Shown: piece after piece, positions 26,301 to 40,196 of the stretch | How positions within the stretch are numbered: the first letter of the stretch is position 1 | Layout: every line of letters begins with the position of its first letter | Assembly (NCBI GenBank): GCA_964016885.1 | Contig: OZ024745.1 | Coordinates: 66,898,001-66,962,000, forward strand | Direction of reading: 5' to 3' | Source: Eledone cirrhosa | Taxonomy: Eukaryota | Length of the DNA: 64,000 nucleotides | Notes under the pieces: generated by a model | What the model was told of the DNA's origin: nothing | The model's database searches: none | Seen by the model: only the letters and a program-made list of their open reading frames with translations | Translations under genes and position numbers: made by a program

Positions 26301-28549
26301 AACCAGAGTATATGTGATAAACAATTCCTCTTAAATAGATGATAAACGTCACCTGTTTGTTTCCTTTTCGGAAAAAGTTATAACATTATATCAGAATCTT
26401 CTATTTCGATATACAAAGTGTAGTACATCTCCTTTACACATGTATAAGCCCTCGATGTTGACTACTTCAGGGAAATTTTCTATTGTAATCATAACATCAT
26501 TTAACAGATTTGGTGTAATGTAGAATTATTCTAGATCCTTAGCCTACACACATACCTCTAGACAATATAAGATATGTCTGACATTAAATGCCTTGTCAAA
26601 ACTGAATACATTGTAATTATCATTGACATAGTAAGATTAGACTATTTTAAGGTTCTGTAAAAGCGAATTGAAACGCGAAATAATCACACACATCTTGTTG
26701 AATTAAAAGCAAAGTGGTAGTTAAGGTATGTCTCCTATTTATTATCAGTACAATTGCAATAACACACAACAATTTATCAAAATGTATTGACATATTACCT
26801 ACCATAATAGAGATATATACGGGTTACTGAAAATAGCGATATTAGTATCTGAATATATATTTATGACATTCTCACACTTGATTTGATTGTATGTACTTTG
26901 GATGCTTTTATTTACTTTGAACATTCTTAAGCATGCCTTCCAATATATATTTACTTCTTCTTTAAGACAGAAACATCCTTGCTTCTCTTTTCGAAGATAA
27001 TAGTATTGGTATTCTTGTACATTTTGTATTTGCTCCCTTTCTATTTTTACATGTTTTATGAATAATTGATCATTTACTCTATATATATGTTCCTTGCTCC
27101 ATATGTCGTTACTACTATGCTTTGTGGCAACCACCACCTATATATATTCTACACATTCGTGGTCTCTATTAATTACAACCCATCATTTTAGGTGTGAATC
27201 ATATTTGTAAAACTCTGTTTCTCATTTAAATCATTGGAGATCATGTTCGTTACTATTACAATTCTGTTCCAATCAAGACCATTGTTTAATATGTGATATA
27301 TAATAATACATCTGCCACTACTAGTGATGATACTATGCATATAAGATATGCATACACATATAAAAACGTTTTGTTTTATAAATATATGAGCCAGCGGTTT
27401 TAAATCTGTTTAAAAACATTTTCTTCGGTGATATTCCAAACTTTGTGTTTCATATATGTTCCATGAAACAGCATATAGAGTTCTAATAATTTAAAAGTCA
27501 TTTTCTATTGCATCCTGTGAAGTATTCTTTCATGAAGAGTTGTTCGTATGTTATAAACGGCATTTTGTTTAAGACATGCTGTTTGTTCTGTAGTGGCAAG
27601 ATAACTGAGTTGTTACTTACTTCGCACCTTGACGAGTCTGACAATTTACATTAGTTGATGTTAATGGTATATCTGAATTATACTACTGTTGTTGCAGCGT
27701 CTGTAGATTTCCCTTCGTTTGGGTTGAATTCGTAGGATCTATTTGTATTTACTTTAAAGTTAAATTCAGTTCTATTTGCATAAGCTATTTACTTAATATC
27801 AGAATACGTTACAGTCAGTTTGCATTTGCTTCTGGTTGTTATACTTCATGCACATTAAGCAATTTCTTCTTTATTTGATTCAAGTTCAATAATATGTCTG
27901 CTCTATGAAACTCTTGTATATAGAAACATGTTAAGCCACAATGATTTTGATGAAATTTCTTTTGTTTCATGAACGATTTCCAAAATCAATATTAACCTTA
28001 TGAAATATATTTTACGTGGATTTCTTTCACCAATACAAAACCGTATAATTGTATTCTCATTGACATGTTTATTACCATGAAAGAGATTTTGCTCCACTAT
28101 GGCTTCACATTTTAAGCAATGGATGGTAATGTATATCTTTCTTTATGTGGATATATTGCTTCCAGGAAAATGTGATAAACTACTTTTCAAATGTTTATAT
28201 ATATTTTTATCTGTAATTCTAGATATTTATAGTCTATGCCTCCTTGTGAAATTAGGCACTTCGTAAACAAATGAAATATTTGAGTCGGATGACTAATGTT
28301 TTAGGAAAAAGAATTGTGGGCAATGTATAATTAGGGATGTAATAATAATATAGCATTTTGTGATTATGTTACGTTTAAATTATTTACAGTTGACAGTTAA
28401 TTTACCATGACATCAAATTGTCTAGAGACACGCTTCAGACGTCTTGTCAACTCGTACTGCCGGGACGTTCTACATATATATATATATATATATATCAAGA
28501 GTCAATTGGCAAGATCCCAGACCACATTAGCTTAACGATATATATATGA

Positions 28550-28671
<122 letters not shown>

Positions 28672-29027
28672 AACAAGGAACAGCGGAGGACACGTTTCGC
28701 ACCTTTCCGACAGACAACCTTTCCCCACCCCGGAAAAAACCCCAGTTGATGGATGTGAATCCGAAATATATAGGGACAATTAAATCTCTCCCAAGGTAAC
28801 TCTCTCTCGTGTTGTTATTTTTATTTTTATCCTTTACGCTCTTTCCTTCATTCCTCTACGCGTCTTATACACGCCACGCATCTCAACGTACACACACTTA
28901 CATCTCTCTCTCCACCACCGGATCCATTTACCCGGAGATTTACCCATTTGTATTGTCGAGGCTTCCTAACGACTTAAAGAAATTTACCTTATTATTCCAC
29001 AATGCTTCAAGCAAACTTCAATACTCT

Positions 29028-29070
<43 letters not shown>

Positions 29071-29072
<2 letters not shown>

Positions 29073-29520
29073 AAGGCGGGTAAAATTCCCGAGATCCATG
29101 GACGAGTTCTCTCCAGCGGTCTCTGTCCCTCATCATCGCTGCCATGTCCTGCATCTCAAACAGACCAGTGTCTGTCCTTAGGGCATCAACATACGTTAAC
29201 CTTGGTCTTCCTCTTCTAGTGTGTCCATGTAGGGGCTCCCAAAGTAGTACTGAGTGCAATGTCAACTCTGGATGTCGGTGAGCATGTCCAGCCAACCCCA
29301 GTCTCCTCTGTGTCACTTTTGAGCTGACTCTTGGGATGCTCCCATACAGCTCTGAGTTTTTCATCCTCAGTGTATACTGATTAATGTTCAGAGCCATCCT
29401 CAGCATTCTCGTGTAGCACCCAGCCACCATCTGAGTGAGTTTCTTGGTCAGTGTCCAAGTCTCAGACCCATACAGCAGCACAGACTCCACTACAGCAATG
29501 AAGAGGTGGATTTTCAGATA
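29071..29520 (-). mobile_element. RTE LINE 3' fragment
   Basis: ORF 29071-29490 is nearly identical to 19860-20283. The stop codon abuts (TA)n. Confidence 0.9.
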
Positions 29521-29526
29521 CTATTT

Positions 29527-29694
29527 TCAGGATACTTTTTCCTTCGAGCTTATAATTCACAGGGACTAGCGCGAGTCTATGTTTCCGTTATTTTATTTTG
29601 ATATATATATATATATATATCAAAATAAAATAACGGAAACATAGACTCGCGCTAGTCCCTGTGAATTATAAGCTCGAAGGAAAAAGTATCCTGA
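29527..29694. repeat. Perfect (TA)n-centred palindrome
   Basis: ~73-bp arms tcaggatact...ttattttg / caaaataa...agtatcctga around (AT)10. Confidence 0.93.
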
Positions 29695-29772
29695 GCACTT
29701 CAAATAAACACACACTCTATCTCTCGTGTGTTATCTCTTCTACATATTATATATATGTATATATATATTTAT

Positions 29773-30365
29773 GTCAGGTCACTCTTGATTGCTACTGGTA
29801 ACATGTAACCCAGTACAACCTGTCGCATGTTCGGGTCGTTGGTACTAAACCGGTAACCCCACCAACTTTACTTGGTGAGGAGGGTGATTTGGGACACCCT
29901 GCAGCACAAAAGACAGAACCTGACAGAGGGCGGAAGAACTCATAAGATTCAAAGGCCATCCAAAAATGTGTAAATATGTATGTACACATGTACATATGTA
30001 TGTATATGCGCGGGGACATCAAAATAGTCAGGTTGGATACCCGATCGAGCGGTTAAACCACAGGGAGTGAAGGACTCCTAGCCTTTGTCAGGGCGTTCTT
30101 CTAGGAGAAGGCAACTCAGGAAACTTGGATAGCTCCAACATAAAACCTACGGCTAAGTAGTTACCGGTGATGTTGATCTTTTCTTTTTTTCGGGTTATAG
30201 CTACTGTTGCTCAGAGAGTGGGATTGGCTCAGGGCACAGTCTTTCCTCACTTTAAAAAAAAAATCTTCACGTACAGGCATTGCACGATAGAATCAATTGA
30301 TAATTATTAATAATGTTATATCGGGCAATGACCATACTTGATAACGAGAACGAGGGGGCAGCCAT

Positions 30366-30367
<2 letters not shown>
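29773..30367 (+). mobile_element. Non-coding RTE-derived bipartite element (5'UTR plus 3' tail)
   Basis: Contains the RTE-5'UTR-like tctaggagaaggcaactc and an RTE-type 3' end atgaccatacttgataacgag...gggggcagccat. Reverse complement of 34462-34995. Confidence 0.7.
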
Positions 30368-30402
<35 letters not shown>

Positions 30403-30423
30403 GGGGGGGGGTCGGTGAGTGTG

Positions 30424-30457
<34 letters not shown>

Positions 30458-31086
30458 GTAAACTCACACATACACTTAGATTTTATTGCATGTGTATATG
30501 TGTGCGTGTATAAACATCTTTGTTAGTGAAAGGAGTAGTGTGTTAATATATTATCATTTTCAGAAAATATAATACAACACTCACTTGCATAAAATAAATA
30601 AAACTTTGTTTATAACATTAATCAACCACATTCATCCACCATGGGATATCTTAAGATATAAATGTAGTTATTGTTCAAAGAGTGCTTAAACCGAAATTTC
30701 CTATACGTATTTTTGCGGCTCTTTATTTATAACTTTTATAGTTTAATTTCAATGTTAGATTCTTTAGAGAATATTTTTTTCCATTTCTTTTCTGTACGTT
30801 GAATCATCTCAAATAGACGTGTAAACAGGAAATATTACTTTAATGTAGTTCTCGTAAATTTCTACCAGCTCATTCAGTGGGGTTTTCATTAGTTCCGGTT
30901 TTCGTACTTGTTTCTATGTGTGTGGGCGGAAGGGAGTGCGGGTGTGTTTACAGCGTTATGAATTGTTTGTTTATTCCCGCTTGATATGTTTAAAAAAAAG
31001 AAATAGTCATTGAGAAAACGTTTCCATTTGCCGATATCCTTTCAGCTTCTGAGTATAAGAGTTTCCTAGTGGAATCATATCATCGA

Positions 31087-32107
31087 CTAGCAGCAGTATC
31101 AAGTGTTGCCTGGGTAGGTAAAATAATATCTGCTTTGATGAAAAGGTGTTGATCTTGGCGACTGCTTCTCGATGACTCATCTATGGCCACACACACGCCA
31201 TGCCAATGAGGGTGGTGATGACCTCTATCACTGAGAAACGCGGGTGACTGACGAAGGGGCATGCTGGGGAGGGAGGTAATGACCTGTAACACTAAGCCAA
31301 ATTTCCTCACGCTACTTGATTGGAAACTGATGAATTCTCAAATACACAACTAAAAGCTCAGACGACGTCAGTGGCCATCGTTTTGCCTTTGACCATCTAT
31401 AAGATGTGCAGGGATAGGTTCTATCGTAGTATAAAAGTTTAACCAAATAAATTGAAATTGATTTATGTGTGAAGTGGAGCCGAAGTTTCGAATTTGAACG
31501 AAATCGGTTGAAAAATGTGGGAGCTAGAGCCGAAAAGGCGGAAATTTGAGCGAAAAGGTGGTATTTTCGAATATTTAAGCGGCTGCCACGCCGTTCCTGA
31601 ACAAAAAATCCAAAGTATAACGCCACTTTCAGGCGTGAAATAATCAGATCTAGCATAGTGTAAAATTTGAACAAAGTAGGTCGATTAATGTGGGAGCTAG
31701 AGCCGAAACAGTGGAAATTTTAGTCTAAAAGTGGTATTTTTGAATATTTAAGCGGCTGCCACGCTGTCCCTGAACAACAAATGCAAAATATAAAGCCATT
31801 ACAGGATGTGCAAGGATAAATTCTATTTTTTGCTTCAAAAATTTGAACGAAATCGGTGACAATATGTGGGAGCTAGAACCAAATATCCTATTTTTCGATA
31901 CCTAAAAAAAGGTGACCGCCTATCGATTTTTATCTGCAGAATGACCCCGGAATAAAAACATGATACTCTGATATATAGAAAACACTTCCCGATTACAAAT
32001 CTATGAGATTGTAAAGTTTCATGAAAATCGGTCGTAAGATTACCCCTATAGGTAATACACAGACACACAGACACACACACACATACTTAATTTTATATAT
32101 ATACAGA
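31087..32107 (-). mobile_element. Non-autonomous Helitron-like element with internal repeats
   Basis: Minus strand starts TCtgtatatatataaaatt and ends cccaggcaacac...ctgctgCTAG|t. Internal repeats atgtgggagctagagccgaaa at ~31515, 31688 and 31864. Confidence 0.65.
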
Positions 32108-32372
32108 TGTCGGATACGGAGACGCTAATTTTATTTCCATAGCATTATCCATTACCTGACTATATGTTTTTTATCACAAAATTAAAGTGTTTACTTTTAA
32201 TAGTAATTTTAATATTTTGAGGAGGAAAAGATGTTTTGAAACGCTCAAGTACAATTTCTCATATGTAAATCAGAATATTAGTACATAGATATCAATTCTA
32301 TAAGTTGAGATACATACATAGATCTAAACATATACATTTATACACATACATGCACACGCACACATACTGAGC

Positions 32373-32432
<60 letters not shown>

Positions 32433-32501
32433 GCTCAGTATCTGTGCGTGTATATGTATATACATACATGTGTGCGTATATATGTATATACATACATACA
32501 C

Positions 32502-33095
32502 GGTGGCTGCCAATTCGTTTTCGAGTACGGCCACTACTTTATATCCATGTAGGAGAACCCCTACCGATGCGCTGAACGAATGTGACTTTTTAGTCCAGCC
32601 AGCGACTTGAAAACTCTGGTACGAACACTACACTTGTGACAATTATTGACCCATAGTGTTGGGCCCATGGTACCATGTGACAACAAGTGCAGAGAGATCT
32701 CCAGATATAAAGCAATGCCTGTGCCGTGAAGCCTTTATAGTGAGCAAAGGCACTGCACAAAGCCAGTCCCGCTCTCTTAACCAAGATGATATTTACCAAA
32801 AAGAAGAACAAGTCAACATCATTGGATACCATCAGGGTTGCAGGTGTTATATCAGAGTTATATCAGGTGTTATATCAGGCTAAGGTGTCATCTCTCCCGG
32901 TGAATTTGGATGGCTATTGACTCTTAAGAGCTCATTGCCCTTTGACAGGTTTTGTTTTTATCCTGCAGGATGTCCAAAGTCACCCGCCTCACCAAGAAAC
33001 CTTGGTGAGGTTGCCAGTTTAGTCGCCAACGACCCGACCATGGGACAGGTTGTACTGGGATACATGTTACCAGTAGCACCAACTGGTGACCTGAC
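32502..33095 (-). mobile_element. RTE-derived bipartite element, subfamily 2
   Basis: Homologous to 53050-53600 and shares its 5' part with the 29773 family. Flanked by (CATA)n. Confidence 0.75.
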
Positions 33096-33152
33096 ATACA
33101 TACATACATACATACATACATACATACATACATACATACATACATACATACA

Positions 33153-33812
33153 TGATTTCCGCAAAGTCGTGATCGAGCTTTGCCATCACCTGATAAAATG
33201 CTCAAAAATGTGACACATGAATGTGGCTCTTCAAGCCAGACAAAGACTTGTACCATCTGACACACACAGGGAAACTGTAGACTCCTCATGGACTTTTCAC
33301 TACTTCGTTCTGACTGTGTTCTCATATTTATTTTAAGTCTTCCTTTGCTTGCACATTCCATGTCACATTCCCTTCCCTACACCTTTTCAGATCATACTGT
33401 TCATAATCTACATGAGGTCTACTGATATGACTTTGTTCATGTCTAATCAAATCAGCTTTGCTCAGGCAGACTCGACCACTGTGCTGGCAAACCAGATGCT
33501 GCTCAACAGCAGGCAGTTCAGAACAGTCTCTTTTCTTTTTGCACACTCACAAAGTGATATGCAGCAGATTATGAACTCTTTTCCCGAAGCTTGCAGTGGT
33601 TTGGGCCTCACAATAAGATTGGAAAAGACTGTTATGATGTACCAGCCAGCACCTGGGAAAGAATAAACTACACCAAGTGTGTATGTGTACGGAAGGAGGC
33701 TAAAAGTTGCTGACAAGATTGTCAACCTTGGTAGTACGTTGAACAATTCAAACACACTTGATGATGAGATGTCCTTAAGAATCGAGAAAGCTAGCGATTC
33801 ATTTGGACGGCT
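33153..33812 (+). mobile_element. RTE LINE RT fragments (deleted, degenerate)
   Basis: AHSQSDMQQIMNSFPEACSGLGLTIRLEKTVMMYQPAPGK...LKVADKIVNLGSTL...LDDEMSLRIEKASDSFGRL. Confidence 0.85.
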
Positions 33813-33814
33813 GA

Positions 33815-34030
33815 CTCCAGTGAAGACGAGAAACTCGCCTTTTACATGTTTCTGAAGGAACTTGTCAAAGAGATTCCTTCAACAGACAGAATTGTCGTAC
33901 TAGGTAATTTCAATGCAGGCGTTGACAGGGATTTTGAAACTTGTGATGTGATCGACAGACATGGCATAGGGAAATATAACAGCAATGTTCTCTTCCTACA
34001 AATGTGTGTGGAGTTAGATTTGTTCATTTT
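33815..34030 (+). mobile_element. LINE APE endonuclease fragment
   Basis: FY.FLKELVKEIPSTDRIVVLGNFNAGV...VIDRHGIGKYNSN...LDLFI, a GDFNA motif variant. Confidence 0.8.
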
Positions 34031-34079
34031 TTTAAACATACATACATGCATACATACATACATACATACATACATACAT

Positions 34080-34452
34080 GTATAGATGTTAGTAACTGCC
34101 TCAGTACAAATCTTGAGGAGCTGGGCTTAACAGAAACAGAAAGAATACGACTAGTTAGGAAATTACTAGTAGAATCCATTAATAGAATAGTAAAAGTATG
34201 TAAAGCATTCCGAAAATTCTGCATCTAATAACTACATATACACTTGTACAGATACAAAGCATATACACATGCACACATATAACTCAAAACATACATATCC
34301 ACACATACAATAACATCCATACCTGCTCACGCATGCATGCAGACATGCATACATATCTATCTAGTTGATGTGTAAATTCCAATGAGAGAGTTGTTAAAAA
34401 CCGACTCTCTCTCTATTGGCAAAGATTTATGAAATTACAAAACCAGAAGACC
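34080..34452 (+). mobile_element. R4/Dong-like LINE 3' end (subfamily B)
   Basis: VSNCLSTNLEELGL...IVKVCKAFRKF plus a 3'UTR homologous to 52365-52750. (CATA)n on both sides. Confidence 0.8.
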
Positions 34453-34461
34453 ATACATACA

Positions 34462-34995
34462 TGATGGCTGCCCCCTCGTTATCGAGTATGGCCATTGCAC
34501 GATATACCATTATTAGTAATTATTAATTAATTATATCGTGCAATGCCTGTGCGTGAAGATATTTTTTAAAGTGACGAAAGACTGTGCACTGAGCCAATCC
34601 CACTCTCTGAGCGACAGTGGCTATAACCCGAAAAGAAGAAAATATCAACATCATCTGTAACTACTGAGCCGCAGGTTTTATATCGGAGTTATCCCAGTTT
34701 CCTGAGTTGCCTTCTCCTACAAGAATGCCCTGACAAATGCTAGGGGTCCTACAGTCCCAGTGGTTTAACCGCGCGGTACATGTGTATATATATATTTACA
34801 CACTTTCGGATGGCCGTCGAATCTTATGAGTTCTTCCGCCCTTTGCAGGTTTTGCTTTTTGTCCTGCAGGGTTTCCAAAATCACCCTCCTCACCAAGTAA
34901 CTTGGTGGGGTTGCCGGTTTAGTCGCCGATGACCCGACCATGAGACAGGTTGTACTGGGTTACATGTTACCAGTAGCACTCAAGAGTGACCCGAC
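34462..34995 (-). mobile_element. RTE-derived bipartite element, subfamily 1
   Basis: Reverse complement of 29773-30367, with 3' stem-loop ctcg-ataa-cgag and (CATA)n flanks. Confidence 0.75.
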
Positions 34996-35393
34996 ATAAC
35001 ATACATACATACATACATACACACACATATACGTATTTTGGATTAATAATATTATTTTATGTCATTTCTATTATACCAATTAAGTCAGATGTTAAAGATC
35101 TTAAATACTGTGACGATTATATCAGATACAATGTTATTTCCATCATCGTTTGCTCCCATGCAAAATACCCAACAACAACCTGCTTAATACTTCATTCGAA
35201 TGATGAAAGCATGTTTGAACTGAGATAAATTAATATCACGAACTAATAAAAGAATTGGATAATAAAAGAAGCCTGCAATAAAATAGATTGAACTCGTGTT
35301 TAATGTAATATATATATAATACATTATGAAGAGAGAAGAAACATTAGATATAATTAATAATAAGATATACCCTACCCAAACTCCTTCTTCACT

Positions 35394-35445
35394 CCTCGAC
35401 TACGTAGTTTCGTGGCATATTATGCAAAAACACTACATCACAGAG
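35394..35445 (-). ncRNA. Degenerate hammerhead motif
   Basis: ctct GTGATGT agtg...cac GAAAC tacgta GTC gag. Palindromic stem III ACTACGTAGT; two substitutions in CUGANGA. Confidence 0.5.
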
Positions 35446-35639
35446 ATATAGAATTTTTGTGAGGTCTGCCGACTTATCAAGAGGATACCTCATTAAGAGT
35501 TTCAAAATATGTCCGTAGGACGCGAGATAGAATCCCGAAAGGCGGAAGGGAGTCAATCACCACTAATTCAAAGATATATGTGGATATACTCATGTATATG
35601 TATGTGTCCGAATATATATATATATATATATATATATAC

Positions 35640-36497
35640 AGTATTTTCCGTTGTGTTGTAATATAAATATTACACACAGTAGATTATCAGCTCACGTAGA
35701 GTTTGCTCGACGGTTCCAGTTGTAGTTCCAAAAGTAATCCGGAGAAAAATAGAAAGATTTGAATGGATACAGTTTAGTTGAAAGGAATTTATTGACACGT
35801 GTTTCTATAACAGTTACATAACCTAAAACAGCTATCTACAAACTTTTAGTTATGCAGACATTCAATATTTCAATGTTATTATTTACTGTCATTTCATCAG
35901 AATAATATTACTGAGGACCTATTTAGTTTTTATAGAGAATATTAGGAGGAAGGGGTGAAGTTGTTAGAAGAATAGTTGAAGGAGTGGTTTTTCGATAGCA
36001 GTGAGAATTCTTGGTGGCAGTGATTAATTAGATTCCCATCTGTTGTTTTGACATTTTTATAGAATATATTATTGGTTATTTTTCTAAATCTATAGAAGGA
36101 TTAGAGATAGTAAAGATATGCGTGGTTGGTTTTGTGTTTGCACTTAACATTCAGACTTAAATTTTTCTTTCAAGTGTACGTATTCTTTCACCCACGCATT
36201 CACACACAAATATATTTGCACACCTCTACAAAAATACATATACTCACAATTCACATATTCATACTTACATATATATACACATGCATACACATATATATAC
36301 ACACATGTATTCATGTACATACATACGCGCTCATGTGTATACATTTTCATACTCAACTTATCTTTATATATACACACGTATAGACACACACATATATACA
36401 TACATACTCTAGTCCATGTGTACACACATACACATACATACACATCCATATACACATACATACATACACATATATATATACATATATACATATACAT

Positions 36498-36530
<33 letters not shown>

Positions 36531-36547
36531 CATATATACACACATAT

Positions 36548-36582
<35 letters not shown>

Positions 36583-37519
36583 AGCACTTTAATACATGAA
36601 TACACTTACATCTAACTATACACATCAAACATATATATATATTTACTTATTTATATACATTTTCACATATATATGCACATACTTATGGACGTTTTTAGAC
36701 ACATTCATTATCGCATATTTGTACCTATTCTCATCAGCATATCTTTTCATTATTAGTATGGTAATTTAAGGTTATTAATATATGTTGAAAAGAGATTGTT
36801 TTTATATTTTTCTAACTAGATTAAGGTTTATATAGTTGGGGGATGTCCCTCTTTTATGTAATATTCGGCTTGTAGTGGGAAAAAAGGGTTTTAGTTCTGT
36901 GACGGCAACGAGTGGTATTACGTGGGATCAACGGCAACATCGTTTAAATCTCGATTGTATAGGCATTCTTACTCAATAAAACACCAGAGCCAAAGAAATG
37001 TAACAACTTTAGCAGAGAAAGCTTGGACGCTCAGGGATAGCAATCAAAAGTTTACCCTAAAATGGGAAAAATTAGCTAAAACCCAAAGCTTTTCCAGGAG
37101 CCAAAATTTCTGCAAATTGTGTAATCTTGAGATTTATTACATAATCACACACAAGAAGAAACTGCTGAATAACAGAATTGAACGAACATTATTCTGCCGT
37201 CACAGAACTAAAACCCTTTTTTCCCACTACAAGCCGAATATTACATAAAAGAGGGACATCCCCCAACTATATAAACCTTAATCTAGTTAGAAAAATATAA
37301 AAACAATCTCTTTTCAACATATATTAATAACCTTAAATTACCATACTAATAATGAAAAGATATGCTGATGAGAATAGGTACAAATATGCGATAATGAATG
37401 TGTCTAAAAACGTCCATAAGTATGTGTATATATATGTGAAAATGTATATAAATAAGTAAATATATATATATGTTTGATGTGTATAGTTAGATGTAAGTGT
37501 ATTCATGTATTAAAGTGCT

Positions 37520-37554
<35 letters not shown>

Positions 37555-37577
37555 ATATGTGTGTATATATGTATGTG

Positions 37578-37608
<31 letters not shown>

Positions 37609-38349
37609 GTATATGTATATATGTATATATATATGTGTATGTATGTATGTGTATATGGATGTGTATGTATGTGTATGTGTGTACACATGGACTAGAGTAT
37701 GTATGTATATATGTGTGTGTCTATACGTGTGTATATATAAAGATAAGTTGAGTATGAAAATGTATACACATGAGCGCGTATGTATGTACATGAATACATG
37801 TGTGTATATATATGTGTATGCATGTGTATATATATGTAAGTATGAATATGTGAATTGTGAGTATATGTATTTTTGTAGAGGTGTGCAAATATATTTGTGT
37901 GTGAATGCGTGGGTGAAAGAATACGTACACTTGAAAGAAAAATTTAAGTCTGAATGTTAAGTGCAAACACAAAACCAACCACGCATATCTTTACTATCTC
38001 TAATCCTTCTATAGATTTAGAAAAATAACCAATAATATATTCTATAAAAATGTCAAAACAACAGATGGGAATCTAATTAATCACTGCCACCAAGAATTCT
38101 CACTGCTATCGAAAAACCACTCCTTCAACTATTCTTCTAACAACTTCACCCCTTCCTCCTAATATTCTCTATAAAAACTAAATAGGTCCTCAGTAATATT
38201 ATTCTGATGAAATGACAGTAAATAATAACATTGAAATATTGAATGTCTGCATAACTAAAAGTTTGTAGATAGCTGTTTTAGGTTATGTAACTGTTATAGA
38301 AACACGTGTCAATAAATTCCTTTCAACTAAACTGTATCCATTCAAATCT

Positions 38350-38355
<6 letters not shown>
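35640..38355 (+). mobile_element. Penelope-like element with 1.16-kb inverted pseudo-LTRs
   Basis: Arms 35749-36907 and 37195-38355 are near-identical. The spacer plus the start of the right arm encodes YYVGSTATSFKSRLYRH...CKLC...LLNNRIE...CRH (GIY-YIG). HHR-like CTGATGA aatg..catt GAAATATT at 38204. Confidence 0.92.
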
Positions 38356-38388
<33 letters not shown>

Positions 38389-38571
38389 AACGAGTAGGAC
38401 CCCGACGGCTGAGCTCAAGCCGTTTCCACATATATAAATATATATATATAGAAGTGGTTACAATATATAGAAGTAGTTACAATTTTTCTCGGTATGGTGA
38501 ACTAAATGTTGTGTAACTTCTACCTAACTCGTCCCATGGACTGAGTGCTCTACCACTACGGATATTACCAC

Positions 38572-38639
<68 letters not shown>

Positions 38640-38833
38640 TAGGTGATTCAGTGAATTATTGATGGTGGTACCAAAATAGCACACAGTCTGATGAGTGGGT
38701 CGATAACGGAGTCTGGTCCATGACTCCTATGGGTGACCGTGAGCCAATCTTCTACAAATAGCGCATAATAGGTCGATACACAATAACAATCTAATACATG
38801 TAAACGAAACTTCATTTTTTTTTTATATACACA

Positions 38834-38876
<43 letters not shown>

Positions 38877-38936
38877 ACACGCACGCATATGTATATATAT
38901 ATATTATTTAGAATGTTGAGAAGTGACACGCGAGTT

Positions 38937-39169
38937 GATATATATTAGGAAAATAAGAAAAGCAGTAGAAAATGGTAATGGGATTTTCTCATAGAATAAC
39001 AGCAAAAGATTTCTTTAAAAAAGGCAATTAATCGAACCGGTTTCAGCCAAAAGTTGTTTAGGCTTCTTCATGTTACAGGAAATATAATTAAAAAGTGTAT
39101 AATAAAATTAAGGTGTATATATTAATAAGAAAACATAGTTTACCTACATTTAAAAGAGTTCACATTTTC

Positions 39170-39231
<62 letters not shown>

Positions 39232-39346
39232 CTATCTCTCTCTCTTTTTCTCTCCCTCTCTCTCTCTCTGTACTGCTTCGTTTGTTCAAACCATGTTATT
39301 CTATGAGAAAATCCCATTAGCATTTTCTGCTGTTTTTCTTAATTTC

Positions 39347-39387
<41 letters not shown>

Positions 39388-39395
39388 TATGTATT

Positions 39396-39427
<32 letters not shown>

Positions 39428-39678
39428 AATATATATATACAGTTTTGATATATATTAGGAAAATAAGAAAAGCAGTAGAAAATGGTAATGGGATTTTCTC
39501 ATAGAATAACAGCAAAACATTTCTTTAAAAAAGGCAATTAATCGAACCGGTTTCGGCCAAAAGTTGTTTAGGCTACTTCATGTTACAGGAAATATAATTA
39601 AAAAGTGTATAATAAAATTAAGGTGTATATTAATAAGAAAACATAGTTTACCTACATGTAAAAGAGTTCACATTTTCA

Positions 39679-39749
<71 letters not shown>

Positions 39750-39860
39750 TTCTCTCTCTTTCCCTCTCTCTCCTGCTTCGTTTGTTCAAACCATGTTATT
39801 TTATGAGAAAATCCCATTACCATTTTCTACTGTTTTTCTTAATTTCCTAATATATATATA
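38937..39860. repeat. Tandem pair of ~510-bp units, each with ~60-bp terminal inverted repeats and an HHR-like motif
   Basis: Units start at 38937 and 39447. TIR tattaggaaaataagaaaagcagtagaaaatgg...ataaca. Minus-strand ATGAAGA agcc..ggct GAAACCGGTT at 39030-39075. Confidence 0.85.
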
Positions 39861-39879
39861 TATATATATATACAGTATG

Positions 39880-39960
<81 letters not shown>

Positions 39961-40059
39961 TATATATATAAATATATATAAAATATATATATATATATAT
40001 TTCATTTCATTTCATTTGAGTTTGAGTCCATGCTCAGGCCAAGTCGAAGACTCCACCCT

Positions 40060-40100
<41 letters not shown>

Positions 40101-40154
40101 TCTTTTTTTCGTTAATTCCTGCGCCGAAATACGATTCTCGCTAATTTATATTTG

Positions 40155-40192
<38 letters not shown>

Positions 40193-40196
<4 letters not shown>

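Noticed and set aside
31490-31880. Spaced repeats resembling a CRISPR array
   Set aside because: Eukaryotic context, irregular long units and no cas genes. These are internal repeats of a Helitron-like element.
38686-38760. CTGATGA box (also at 4127, 53848 and 60425)
   Set aside because: No correctly placed GAAA/NUH or closing helices.
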